Assembly: GCA_051744925.1 (NCBI GenBank)
Contig: JBNJDM010000002.1
Span: 645-64,644, forward strand
Origin: Thermodesulfobacteriota bacterium
GTDB lineage: Bacteria; Desulfobacterota; Desulfobacteria; Desulfobacterales; JACKCP01
Reading direction: 5' to 3'
DNA length: 64,000 bases
Below, one piece after another: positions 1-8,977 of the stretch; the first letter of the stretch is position 1, and each line of letters begins with the position of its first letter. The notes below the pieces were generated by a model, which worked only from the letters and a program-made list of their open reading frames with translations, made no database searches and had not been told where the DNA came from. A program made the translations under genes and the position numbers.

Positions 1-726
1 GGCAACAGCTCCTGCAGCCGCACCAGGACAACAGGCATTCTGCAGTGCAAGAGCTTTTTTTATAATTTTTCCAGGCTCCATGTTTTCAAACAGATTTATC
101 ATTTCAGCATCATTTTCTTTTACAGCATTAACAGCCTCAATACCCGAACCAAAAGGCATAAACCCGTATGCAGGGCCATAATGGGTCAGGTCTGTACTTC
201 CTATCACAACCGGATTATTATATTTAACCTGAGCTGCCTTCACAACTTCAGCAGCAAAATTCAAAGATAAATCATCAGGAGGAAGTCCGGCACAAAGCAC
301 AGGAATATCCCCCATAAAATATCTGATCAGCGGCAGCTGAACTTCTATTGTATTATCAGGTTCAAAGGATTCAGGTGTTTCATAAACAACTGAATATCTT
401 TCAGATACAGATTCAGCAAGATCTTCGTCAACAATAAGTGGACCAACAGGAGTTTCGTATCCTCCCCTTGCCATAATCCGCAAAGATGATCCCGGATGCA
501 TATGCATTCCAAAGACAATAACAATATCGGGATCTGAGTATGAGGCAGCCTCTATTACATGAGAAGCAATTTCACCTGAAAAAACCCATCCTGCATGGGG
601 AACTATACCTCCAAAAATTTTATTATCCGGTTTTAAATTTTTTTGGAATGAAAAAATAAGATCTTCACACTCATGCTTTGAGCCTGGATACCATTGTCCG
701 GCCAAAAGAGGTTTTCTTAACTTCAT
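1..726 (-). CDS. AmmeMemoRadiSam system protein B (Memo/MEMO1 family); 3' end runs off the window
   Basis: Absent from the ORF track because it is open at the window edge. Own translation from ATG at 724-726: MKLRKPLLAGQWYPGSKHECEDLIFSFQKNLKPDNKIFGGIVPHAGWVFSGEIASHVIEAAS...VVIGSTDLTHYGPAYGF. PHAGxxxSG and DLTHYG are Memo-family hallmarks. AAGGAGAGG RBS lies just upstream. Confidence 0.75.
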   Translation of the reverse strand, partial: MKLRKPLLAGQWYPGSKHECEDLIFSFQKNLKPDNKIFGGIVPHAGWVFSGEIASHVIEAASYSDPDIVIVFGMHMHPGSSLRIMARGGYETPVGPLIVDEDLAESVSERYSVVYETPESFEPDNTIEVQLPLIRYFMGDIPVLCAGLPPDDLSLNFAAEVVKAAQVKYNNPVVIGSTDLTHYGPAYGFMPFGSGIEAVNAVKENDAEMINLFENMEPGKIIKKALALQNACCPGAAAGAVA

Positions 727-825
727 AATCCTCTCCTTTTTTTTATTTTTTTCTTTTCAGAAATCATTGTCTGTGATTAAAAATAAAAGTTTAAATTTAA
801 ATATTTTGGCTTATTAAAACTTTTT

Positions 826-856
826 TTGGTTAAAATCTTTTTTTTTATATTATAAT
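826..856 (+). promoter_or_regulatory. Candidate sigma70-type promoter for nifU-nifS
   Basis: TTGGTT (826-831), 16 nt, TATTAT (848-853), overlapping TATAAT (851-856). Sits about 55 nt upstream of the nifU ATG in an AT-rich divergent intergenic region. Confidence 0.3.
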
Positions 857-909
857 GGTTAATTTTATAATTTAAACAGATAATACAATCCCGTAATAAG
901 GAGATTAAC

Positions 910-1740
910 ATGTGGGAATATACAGACAAAGTAAGGGAACATTTCATTAACCCCAGAAACGTGGGTGAAATTCAGACCCCCAGCGGCACAGGAGACGTAG
1001 GTTCCATTACTTGCGGGGATGCCCTTAAACTTACTTTAGATATTGACAATAACAATATCATAAAAGACGCAAAATTTAAAACATTCGGATGCGCCAGTGC
1101 AATTGCATCTTCTTCTGCACTTACTGAAATGGTAATCGGCAAATCGGTTGAAGAAGCAGAAAAGATTACAAACGATGACATAGTCGACTTTCTCGGAGGA
1201 CTTCCAAAAGAAAAAATCCACTGCTCAGTAATGGGTCAGGAAGCTCTTCAAAAAGCAATCGCTGATTTTAAGGGAATAGAGATTGTGGAAAAAGAAGGGA
1301 ATATAGTATGCCACTGTTTTGATATTACTGAAGATGAAATAAGACATGCAGTTGCTGAACATTCACTAGGTTCAATAGATGATGTAACCGGATTTCTTAA
1401 AGCCGGCGGCGGCTGCGGACAATGCCATGATGAAATTCAGGAAATAATTGATGAGGTCAGGGGTGAATCATCCAAACAGAAAAAAAGTTCATCAAAACTG
1501 ACAAATCTTCAGAAAATAAAAAAGATAGAACAAGCACTTGAAGATGATATAAAACCTGCTCTGAAAAAAGACGGTGGAAATATTGAGCTTGTGGATGTTG
1601 ACGGTAACAAAGTTGTGGTTAGACTTCAGGGAGCATGTGCAACATGCGTAAAATCAAAAGAAACCCTTAAAAACCATGTTGAAGCAAAATTAAGACAAAA
1701 AGTTGCACACGATCTTGTTGTGGAGGAGTCGCTTTTATGA
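910..1740 (+). CDS. nifU: NifU Fe-S cluster scaffold (IscU-like N-domain, BFD-like [2Fe-2S] middle domain, NifU C-terminal domain)
   Basis: 276 aa. N-terminal GDVGSITCGDALKL...FKTFGCASAIASSSA scaffold cysteines; central CHCFDITEDEI...CGQCHDEI; C-terminal LQGACATC. AAGGAG RBS at 899-904. Confidence 0.92.
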   Translation: MWEYTDKVREHFINPRNVGEIQTPSGTGDVGSITCGDALKLTLDIDNNNIIKDAKFKTFGCASAIASSSALTEMVIGKSVEEAEKITNDDIVDFLGGLPKEKIHCSVMGQEALQKAIADFKGIEIVEKEGNIVCHCFDITEDEIRHAVAEHSLGSIDDVTGFLKAGGGCGQCHDEIQEIIDEVRGESSKQKKSSSKLTNLQKIKKIEQALEDDIKPALKKDGGNIELVDVDGNKVVVRLQGACATCVKSKETLKNHVEAKLRQKVAHDLVVEESLL

Positions 1741-2900
1741 TTGAAGATGCCCTGTACCTGGATAACAACGCTACAACTAAAACAGCTCCCGAAGTAGTTG
1801 AAGAAATGCTTCCTTTTTTGCGTACATTTTACGGAAACCCTTCCAGCATGCACTCTTTCGGCGGGCAGGTAGCAGATAAAATTAAAAATGCAAGACAAAG
1901 AACTGCAGATCTTTTCAATGCAGACCCTGATGAATTTATATTCACAAGCTGCGGAACTGAAAGTGACAGTGCTGCAATATTATCAGCAATAAAAACTTTT
2001 CCTGATAAAAAACATATTATGACAACAGCTGTTGAGCACCCTGCAGTAAAAAACCTTTTTGAACATCTGAAAAAAGACGGATATACAGTAAGCTTTATTC
2101 CGGTTGACGACAAAGGAAGACTAGATCTCGACTTTTACCGTGAAAACCTGACTGAAGACACAGCCATTGTAAGCATAATGTGGGCTAACAATGAAACAGG
2201 AACAATATTTCCAATTAAGGAACTTGCACAGGAAGCAAAAAATAAGGGAGTTTTATTCCATACAGACGCTGTTCAGGCTGCAGGTAAAATAACAACTGAT
2301 TTAAAAGATATCCCTGTTGATATGCTTTCAATTTCAGGTCACAAGCTACATGCCCCCAAAGGAATAGGCGCTCTTTTTATAAGAAAAAATACTCCTTTTT
2401 ATCCTTTTTTAATAGGAGGACATCAGGAATGGGGAAAAAGAGCCGGAACTGAAAATACAGCATCTATAATAGCAATGGGAAAAGCCTGTGAACTTGCTGG
2501 AACAAACATGGAAAAAGAACAAAATGAGGTAAAAAGACTGAGAGATAAGCTTGAAAAAAATCTCCTTGAAAAAATACCTCACTCTTTTGTTAACGGAGAT
2601 CTTGAAAACAGACTTCCAAATACCACAAGCATAAGCTTTGAGTATATTGAAGGTGAAGCAATTCTTCTTATGATGGACCAGTTTAAAATATGCGCTTCTT
2701 CAGGATCTGCCTGCACATCAGGCTCTCTTGAACCTTCACATGTTTTAAGAGCAATGGGAGTTCCTTATGAAGCTGCCCACGGTACAGTCAGATTCAGCCT
2801 GTCTGTTTATAATACTGAAGAAGAAATAGATTTTGTTATAGAAAAAATGCCTTCAATCATAAGCAGATTAAGGGAAATGTCGCCTTTCTGGAAGGGCTGA
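1737..2900 (+). CDS. nifS: Cysteine desulfurase NifS (class V aminotransferase)
   Basis: 387 aa. PLP-lysine motif SISGHKLHAPKGIGALF and active-site loop SSGSACTSG. 4-nt ATGA overlap with nifU. Confidence 0.93.
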   Translation: MIEDALYLDNNATTKTAPEVVEEMLPFLRTFYGNPSSMHSFGGQVADKIKNARQRTADLFNADPDEFIFTSCGTESDSAAILSAIKTFPDKKHIMTTAVEHPAVKNLFEHLKKDGYTVSFIPVDDKGRLDLDFYRENLTEDTAIVSIMWANNETGTIFPIKELAQEAKNKGVLFHTDAVQAAGKITTDLKDIPVDMLSISGHKLHAPKGIGALFIRKNTPFYPFLIGGHQEWGKRAGTENTASIIAMGKACELAGTNMEKEQNEVKRLRDKLEKNLLEKIPHSFVNGDLENRLPNTTSISFEYIEGEAILLMMDQFKICASSGSACTSGSLEPSHVLRAMGVPYEAAHGTVRFSLSVYNTEEEIDFVIEKMPSIISRLREMSPFWKG

Positions 2901-2925
2901 TTATAACAAAGACACAATAAAACAA

Positions 2926-2955
2926 GGGGATGTTTCTGGAACATCCCCTTTTCAA
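2926..2955 (+). terminator. Rho-independent terminator after nifS; possibly bidirectional, as it also follows the convergent PilZ gene
   Basis: GGGGATGT (2926-2933), 7-nt loop, ACATCCCC (2941-2948), followed by TTTTCAATT. Confidence 0.7.
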
Positions 2956-2995
2956 TTAATATTTGAATTTAAAAAACTGATTTTTAAGCAGTTCA

Positions 2996-3376
2996 TCAGT
3001 AGACTTTGTCGAGATTTTCATCAATGAATTTTAAGATCTTTTCTTTATAAGAGCTGTCTATATCAGTAAATGCGCATCCTGCACCAAGACTTCCCATACC
3101 TTCATAATCAAGAACCCACTTAACCGAAACAATAATCTTTTTTTCGTTTCTTAGTTCTTTTTTGCCTACAATATCTTCAATAATGAAACTGTCTCCCGGA
3201 GATATTGAAATATCTGACTGCCTTTGTATCCCAAGACCGAATCCACCTTCACTTATATTCAGAATTTTTGCAAACATCTCTTTTGAACTGTTGTTGTGTT
3301 TAAGTAAGGCGGTGGCTATATCCGGTTTAAGATAAACTCTGGAAGTAGCTCTTCTTTCTTTTTTAAATTCCGTCAT
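2996..3376 (-). CDS. Stand-alone PilZ domain protein (putative c-di-GMP receptor)
   Basis: 126 aa. RRATSR (RxxxR) near the N-terminus and NISEGGFG ((D/N)xSxxG) about 30 residues later. Confidence 0.8.
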   Translation of the reverse strand: MTEFKKERRATSRVYLKPDIATALLKHNNSSKEMFAKILNISEGGFGLGIQRQSDISISPGDSFIIEDIVGKKELRNEKKIIVSVKWVLDYEGMGSLGAGCAFTDIDSSYKEKILKFIDENLDKVY

Positions 3377-3499
3377 ATTTATATCCCGGCTAAACAGTGT
3401 TCAGAAAAAGAATGGATTTGAATAAATGAATATACATTTTATACATGAAATTAGCTTTAAAAGCAAATTTTTTAAAACTCATCGTAACTATTCTATTTT

Positions 3500-5446
3500 T
3501 CAGGTTTTCCCCGAATCTATAACACAAAGGACAAAATCTTTGGGCACCTGATCTCCGCCTGTACATCTTATCTCTTTTATTACTCCGTCTGCAGGCGAAG
3601 AAAGGGGATTTTCCATTTTCATCGCTTCGAGAACAAGAATAATTTCACCTTTTTTCACTGTATCTCCTGATTTTTTTCTTAAAGAGACAACTGATCCGGG
3701 CATAGGTGATTTTAAAAAGAAAAAGTCGGAATTATCTGGTTCAGATTTGTTCTTTTTTTCCGAGACATCAATTATTTTACTTTTTGTTGAGACATGTTCG
3801 TTGGTATTTATCTCTGTTTTTTTTTCTTTACCTGAAGCCTTTTTTTCTTCAGCATTTGCTGAGGAAGCTGTCAAAAATGGCTCAGAACCTGGATCCACAG
3901 CAACTTCAAAGAACTCATCTTCGACATAAACATTAAACGTCCTTGTTTTAGGCCCTTTCTGTGGAATATCAGACAGACCTTCTTCAGAAGGCTTGCCTTC
4001 CTTGAGTTTTTTAAGGTTGTTCAACCTGGCCTTGGCATTCTTGAGAGACATCGGATGAGTTTCTGCAGGAGGATCTTCCTTTAAATATTTCCACTTTAAA
4101 AACCTCTTTCCTGTTTTGGGAAAAAGAGCATAAATAAGTTCATCCTCTACATCAGCAGCCAGGCCTTTTATATTTCTTCCTGCTTCACCAAGTTTTAAAA
4201 CCTCATTTTTTTCATGTGATGAATCCGGATAAAGCTCCTGAACTTTTTTCTTCAGAGATTCTGCAACAGGTGCAGGCGTCTTGCCGTAATACCCCTTAAC
4301 AAGCTTAACTACCTGGTCTGATAAAAATTTATATTCTCCTTCATATTCGTCAAACAAAACATTATTTACCGCCTGAACAGCTACAGTTCCAGGAACATGT
4401 CCGATCAGGGGAAGACTGCCAAGATCTGTCCTGACATGGACAAATTTAGCAACAACATCCTGAAATTTATTTTCCTTATTATTTTCTTTAAGCTGACTGT
4501 AAATATTTTTTAAAATATAACCTGGAATACCTTTTGAAATAAGATCGGAATCTATAAGAGATACCCTGTCTTCATCCAGGTAAAACCTGTACTTTGGTAT
4601 AATCTGATCTTCGGTATATTTAACTGTCTCCTCAATTTTACCGGGGTCAATACCGGTTTTGTACCCACCTTTTTCAAATGTTTTTACAAGTGCATCAGAT
4701 GCGGGCAGAGAGTTTCTTCCTGCAAATGGGGACAGGCATGAATCTATTCCGTCTGCTCCTGCTTCCACAGCTTTAAGAAGAGATCCAAAACCTATACCTC
4801 CTGTTGAATGTGTATGAAAATGTACAGGAACTGAAACTTTACTTTTTAATGCGTTAATAAGCTCATAACTTTCAAAAGGAGTAATTATCCCTGAAGAATC
4901 TTTAATACAGATGCTCTCAGCTCCCATTTTTACAAGTTTCTCCGCCTTGCTGCAAAAGTAGTCGATTGTATAAATTTTTTCATTTTTCAATCCTTTTTCA
5001 GAGGTAAGGCCAAAAAATATTCCCCCCTGAAAGTGCATTCCCTCTGCTTTTGTTTTTTCTGCAACAAACGGGAGATTATCTATGTCATTTAAAGGATCAA
5101 AAAGCTTTACAATACTTATTCCGTTTGCCGCTGTTCTTTCAATAAAAGCGCTGATCACATCTTCCGGACAGGGATAGTTTCCTGCAAGATTTCTTCCCAT
5201 GAGCATTATCGACATAGGCGTCTTTCTAAGACACCTGCTCAGCTGCCTGATTCTTTCCCATGGATCCTCATTCAGTGACCTGTGCATAATATCAAAAAAT
5301 ATACCTTTTGATACCTCTGCAGAATAAAAACCTATTTCATCGATAAGCCTTGCCGCAAGAACCATATCTGCTGTTCTGCCCATTGCAGAATAAAGATACT
5401 GAAATCCGTCGGTAAGACTTGAATCTGATATATTCAATTTTTTCAT
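3500..5446 (-). CDS. Carboxyltransferase 5S-type subunit (oxaloacetate decarboxylase alpha / pyruvate carboxylase B family) fused to a C-terminal biotinyl carrier domain
   Basis: 648 aa. N-terminal TIM-barrel carboxyltransferase with DSSGIITP and HFHTHSTGG; K/E-rich linker; C-terminal lipoyl/biotinyl fold with EAMKMEN. Confidence 0.88.
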   Translation of the reverse strand: MKKLNISDSSLTDGFQYLYSAMGRTADMVLAARLIDEIGFYSAEVSKGIFFDIMHRSLNEDPWERIRQLSRCLRKTPMSIMLMGRNLAGNYPCPEDVISAFIERTAANGISIVKLFDPLNDIDNLPFVAEKTKAEGMHFQGGIFFGLTSEKGLKNEKIYTIDYFCSKAEKLVKMGAESICIKDSSGIITPFESYELINALKSKVSVPVHFHTHSTGGIGFGSLLKAVEAGADGIDSCLSPFAGRNSLPASDALVKTFEKGGYKTGIDPGKIEETVKYTEDQIIPKYRFYLDEDRVSLIDSDLISKGIPGYILKNIYSQLKENNKENKFQDVVAKFVHVRTDLGSLPLIGHVPGTVAVQAVNNVLFDEYEGEYKFLSDQVVKLVKGYYGKTPAPVAESLKKKVQELYPDSSHEKNEVLKLGEAGRNIKGLAADVEDELIYALFPKTGKRFLKWKYLKEDPPAETHPMSLKNAKARLNNLKKLKEGKPSEEGLSDIPQKGPKTRTFNVYVEDEFFEVAVDPGSEPFLTASSANAEEKKASGKEKKTEINTNEHVSTKSKIIDVSEKKNKSEPDNSDFFFLKSPMPGSVVSLRKKSGDTVKKGEIILVLEAMKMENPLSSPADGVIKEIRCTGGDQVPKDFVLCVIDSGKT

Positions 5447-5492
5447 TTTATTATTGCCTGTTATATATTTATTTTCACTTAAATCCGGCGCA

Positions 5493-5678
5493 TCATAACG
5501 TATTCTTATGTCCAGACATAATATTTCTTATACCGTAATCGTGCCAGCTACTGCTTTTTTCAAAGTACAGCTTTTTATATGAGTCTTTTTTTCTTTTATT
5601 TTCTTCTGCTGTTTCGTTTTCCATATTCAGATAGGAAATCACAGCACTTAATGCTGCTTTTTTTTTGTTATCCATCAA
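5493..5678 (-). CDS. Small hypothetical protein between the two carboxyltransferase genes (OadG/MmdE-like AALSAVISYL motif, no TM helix)
   Basis: 61 aa. Tight spacing: 13 nt after the 12S gene and 46 nt before the 5S gene. The KKAALSAVISYL motif resembles the conserved segment of small decarboxylase subunits. Confidence 0.4.
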   Translation of the reverse strand: MMDNKKKAALSAVISYLNMENETAEENKRKKDSYKKLYFEKSSSWHDYGIRNIMSGHKNTL

Positions 5679-5691
5679 TTATTATCCTTTC

Positions 5692-7260
5692 TTACAAAGG
5701 CATATTACCATGTTTTTTATCAGGAAAGCTCTCCTTTTTTGATGAAAGAAACACCAATGATTCATAAACTGCAGCCCTTGTTTCACAAGGTTTGATAACA
5801 GAATCAATATACCCTCTTGAGGCTGCTGTATAAGGATTGGAAAACTTTTCCCTGTAACTGCTTATAAGATTTTGTCTTAATTCTTCACTGTTTTCAGAGT
5901 TTTTCAGATCCTGTCTGTGAATAATACCTACAGCACCTTCAGCACCCATTACCGCAATTTCAGACTCAGGCCAGGAAAAAACCATATCCGCGCCAAGGTG
6001 TCTGGATGACATGGCAATATATGCTCCGCCATAAGCCTTTCTTGTTATCACAAGAATTTTAGGAACCACAGCTTCTGAATAGCTCCATAAAATCTTTGCA
6101 CCGTGCCTTATAATCCCTCCCCACTCCTGATCTTTACCCGGCAGAAAACCGGGCACATCAGCAATAGTCAAAAGAGGAATATTAAATGAATCACAAAACC
6201 TTATAAATTTCGAGGCTTTATCTGAAGCATCAATATCTATGCATCCTGCAAGTTTTTCAGGCTGATTTGCGATTATCCCCACAACCCTGCCTCCTATTCT
6301 TGCAAAAGCTGTAATCATATTGGAAGCAAAATCTTGTGAACACTCAAAAAAATCGTTGTTATCGACAAGCTCTGATATCACCTGTTTCATATCATATGGA
6401 ATATTTTCTTTGTCTGGTATTACATCTTCAAGTCCGGTGTTTTCCCTGAAAGGATCATCACCTGTCTCTTTAATTTCAGGCGGCTCAAGATTGTTTGCAG
6501 GAAGATATGACAAAAGAAGCCTTATCCGGCTTATACACTCAGAATCATTTTCACATGCAAAATCGGCAACCCCTGAAACCTTTGTATGTGTATCAGCCCC
6601 TCCTAGTTCTTCGGAAGTTACAACTTCTCCTGTAACCGATCTTACCACTTCAGGTCCTGTTATGAACATATATGAAGTTTTTCTAACCATAAACACAAAA
6701 TCCATAAGTGCAGGTGAGTATACTGCTCCACCTGCTGTAGGTCCCATAACAGCACAAATTTGGGGTATTACCCCGGAAGCTCTTGTATTTCTGAAAAAAA
6801 TCTCCCCATATCCGGCAAGGGCATCAACACCTTCCTGTATTCTTGCCCCGCCTGAATCATGGAAGCCTACAACCGGATTGCCGGATGATGAAGCAAGGTC
6901 TAAAACCTTGCATATTTTTTTTGCATGCATCTCTCCAAGACTTCCCCCCTTGGCAGTAAAATCCTGGGCATATGCAAAAACCTTCCTTCCATCCACCAGG
7001 CCGTAACCTGTTACAACTCCTTCAGCCGGTATATTTTCTTTTTCCATTCCAAAATCGGTACACCTGTGAGTAACAAACATATCAAGCTCACGAAAAGTGC
7101 CTTTATCAAAAAAAAGATCTATCCTTTCCCTTGCTGTGAGCTTGTTTTTTTCTTTTTGCTTTTTTATCTGATTATTTCTGCCCATCGACAGAATTTCATT
7201 TATTTTTTCATCATGTTTTTTCATTATATTCCTCTGCCCCGGCAAATAACGGGAAGACAA
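5692..7260 (-). CDS. Methylmalonyl-CoA/propionyl-CoA carboxyltransferase (12S / PccB / MmdA family)
   Basis: 522 aa. KLTARERIDLFFDKGTF, GGARIQEG and GPTAGGAVYSPALMDF motifs of the acyl-CoA carboxylase beta family. The true start may be M13 (7224). Confidence 0.92.
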   Translation of the reverse strand: MSSRYLPGQRNIMKKHDEKINEILSMGRNNQIKKQKEKNKLTARERIDLFFDKGTFRELDMFVTHRCTDFGMEKENIPAEGVVTGYGLVDGRKVFAYAQDFTAKGGSLGEMHAKKICKVLDLASSSGNPVVGFHDSGGARIQEGVDALAGYGEIFFRNTRASGVIPQICAVMGPTAGGAVYSPALMDFVFMVRKTSYMFITGPEVVRSVTGEVVTSEELGGADTHTKVSGVADFACENDSECISRIRLLLSYLPANNLEPPEIKETGDDPFRENTGLEDVIPDKENIPYDMKQVISELVDNNDFFECSQDFASNMITAFARIGGRVVGIIANQPEKLAGCIDIDASDKASKFIRFCDSFNIPLLTIADVPGFLPGKDQEWGGIIRHGAKILWSYSEAVVPKILVITRKAYGGAYIAMSSRHLGADMVFSWPESEIAVMGAEGAVGIIHRQDLKNSENSEELRQNLISSYREKFSNPYTAASRGYIDSVIKPCETRAAVYESLVFLSSKKESFPDKKHGNMPL

Positions 7261-7548
7261 TTTATCAAAACTTTGGACTGCATCTTATTGAATGCAACAA
7301 CTTCTTTTTAAACCTGAACCTTTTAAATGCTAATTTATACTTTAATCAAGCTATTTTCAAGTATGATGCTTCTTATGACTAAATTATGTGCTTTTTTCTG
7401 ATTTTTTTTATTTCTGCATTTACTTGCTGAACAAAAAATTCCAGTTTCAGACCAATAACTATTTATACATACATTATATTCCAAAAGCAAAAAGTATAAA
7501 CAAGCCATTGAAATAAAACAGTTTTTTTTCACTTTTTTCATTTTTTAT

Positions 7549-8625
7549 TTGCTTTTTAATATTTTACTGATATTTATAAAACAATTCTTCTCACAAAAAT
7601 TGAAAAAACTTACTATGCTATCGAAAAAAGAAACCTGCTGCATACTTATAATTTCAGAGAAATCTAAACTTATTAACAATATAAAAAAATCTGCCACATC
7701 AATATATCCGGAATCTGCGCAGTCCTTTCTCTGTTTAATTAAAAAGTATTTTCCGGAACTTACAATTTCGTCCACAGATATTTCTCAGATAAAAAAAAGC
7801 GAATTACATACAGATTTAAAAATAAACAGCAAAAATACTCCTCTTATATTACTTTCAGAACCTGTCACAGAAATAAGACAGCATAATTTCACACGCACCG
7901 AAAATTCTGTAATAAGCAAAAACCGATTCTTCTTAAACTCTAAACCTGAAAAAGATGCAAAGGAAGCAGCAATAGAAGAACTTGCAACAATGGTTGAATC
8001 AAAAGATGCTGAAACAGGAGGACATATAAGAAGAACAAAAGAATATATAAAACTTCTTGCTGTAGAACTTAAAAAAAACATTTTATACAAAAACATTTTA
8101 ACAGATGATTTAATAACCAGAATTTACAAATCTGCTCCTCTTCATGATATAGGCAAGATAGCTATACCTGAAGAAATTCTTACCAAAAAAGGCCCGCTTA
8201 CAGAAAATGAATTCAAAATTATGAAAACTCATACAGTCATCGGCAAGGCAATTGTAAAAAAAGCTGAACAGAAAACAGGAAAAAATCTTTTCTTAACTAC
8301 AGCAGGAGAAATTGCATATTCACATCAGGAAAAATGGAACGGCTCAGGTTATCCTCTCGGACTTAAAGAAAAACAAATTCCGATTTCAGCCAGGCTTATG
8401 GCAGTGGCCGATGTATATGATGCGCTGATAAGCAAAAGAGTCTACAAGGAACCATATTCCCACAACAGGTCTGTCAGAATAATACAAAATCTAAAAGGTA
8501 CCCATTTCGACCCTGTGATAACCGACACATTTATTTCCATTAATGAACAATTCAAAAAAATTGCATGTAAATTCAGAGACTATAATTCTCCTACAGCAAA
8601 CCTTTCTGAATTATACCTTTATTAG
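7549..8625 (+). CDS. HD-GYP domain c-di-GMP phosphodiesterase with an uncharacterised N-terminal region
   Basis: 358 aa. HDIGKIAIP and HQEKWNGSGYPLGL motifs. The start is uncertain; Met at 7615 is an alternative. Confidence 0.85.
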   Translation: MLFNILLIFIKQFFSQKLKKLTMLSKKETCCILIISEKSKLINNIKKSATSIYPESAQSFLCLIKKYFPELTISSTDISQIKKSELHTDLKINSKNTPLILLSEPVTEIRQHNFTRTENSVISKNRFFLNSKPEKDAKEAAIEELATMVESKDAETGGHIRRTKEYIKLLAVELKKNILYKNILTDDLITRIYKSAPLHDIGKIAIPEEILTKKGPLTENEFKIMKTHTVIGKAIVKKAEQKTGKNLFLTTAGEIAYSHQEKWNGSGYPLGLKEKQIPISARLMAVADVYDALISKRVYKEPYSHNRSVRIIQNLKGTHFDPVITDTFISINEQFKKIACKFRDYNSPTANLSELYLY

Positions 8626-8701
8626 TTGCTGAACGAAAACTGCCTTTTTTGCACAGCTTTGCGTTAGAATAGACAAAAAAGACGGTTTTTCGTTCAGCAA
8701 C
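8625..8701. repeat. Long imperfect hairpin built from an inverted pair of a dispersed 28-nt repeat, starting at the last base of the HD-GYP stop codon
   Basis: Left arm GTTGCTGAACGAAAAC (8625-8640) is complementary to GTTTTTCGTTCAGCAAC (8685-8701). Inner CCTTTTTTG/CAAAAAAG segments extend the stem. 8625-8652 is 27/28 identical, as reverse complement, to 54795-54822. Confidence 0.7.
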
Positions 8702-8884
8702 CCTGTAAAGCCGTTATCCTGCAGTCAACTGGCAGTCAGAATCTAAAAATACTCTTTATTCATGTGCAGGAAATCTGCTTATATGCATGATTAATTCATA
8801 TTATACAAAACAAATTCAAACTTTTATTAACTTTCATTGAATGAGGTTCAAACTTACATTTATCCAGCTCCGGATAATATTAAT

Positions 8885-8914
8885 TTGACAGGTGCATATT
8901 TTTATTTTTATGTT
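8885..8914 (+). promoter_or_regulatory. Candidate sigma70-type promoter for the REC-Hpt gene
   Basis: TTGACA (8885-8890), 18 nt, TATGTT (8909-8914), about 65 nt upstream of the TTG start. Confidence 0.3.
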
Positions 8915-8977
8915 ATATACGATTAAACGCGGTTTATTTTTTTGACTTAATATTAACATCATTTTCAGGACAAAAAC

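Noticed and set aside
6320-7006. 228-aa ORF antisense to the 12S carboxyltransferase, along with similar antisense ORFs such as 972-1221, 3706-3936, 10653-10981, 14171-15519, 34107-35370 and 45153-46835.
   Set aside because: Each lies entirely inside, and antisense to, a gene with strong family motifs. The translations are Ser/Pro/Leu- or Cys/Phe-rich with no recognisable domains or RBS.
7335-7775. 68-aa and 76-aa minus-strand ORFs in the carboxyltransferase/HD-GYP divergent region.
   Set aside because: They have AT-rich low-complexity translations and no RBS. The second is antisense to the HD-GYP 5' end.
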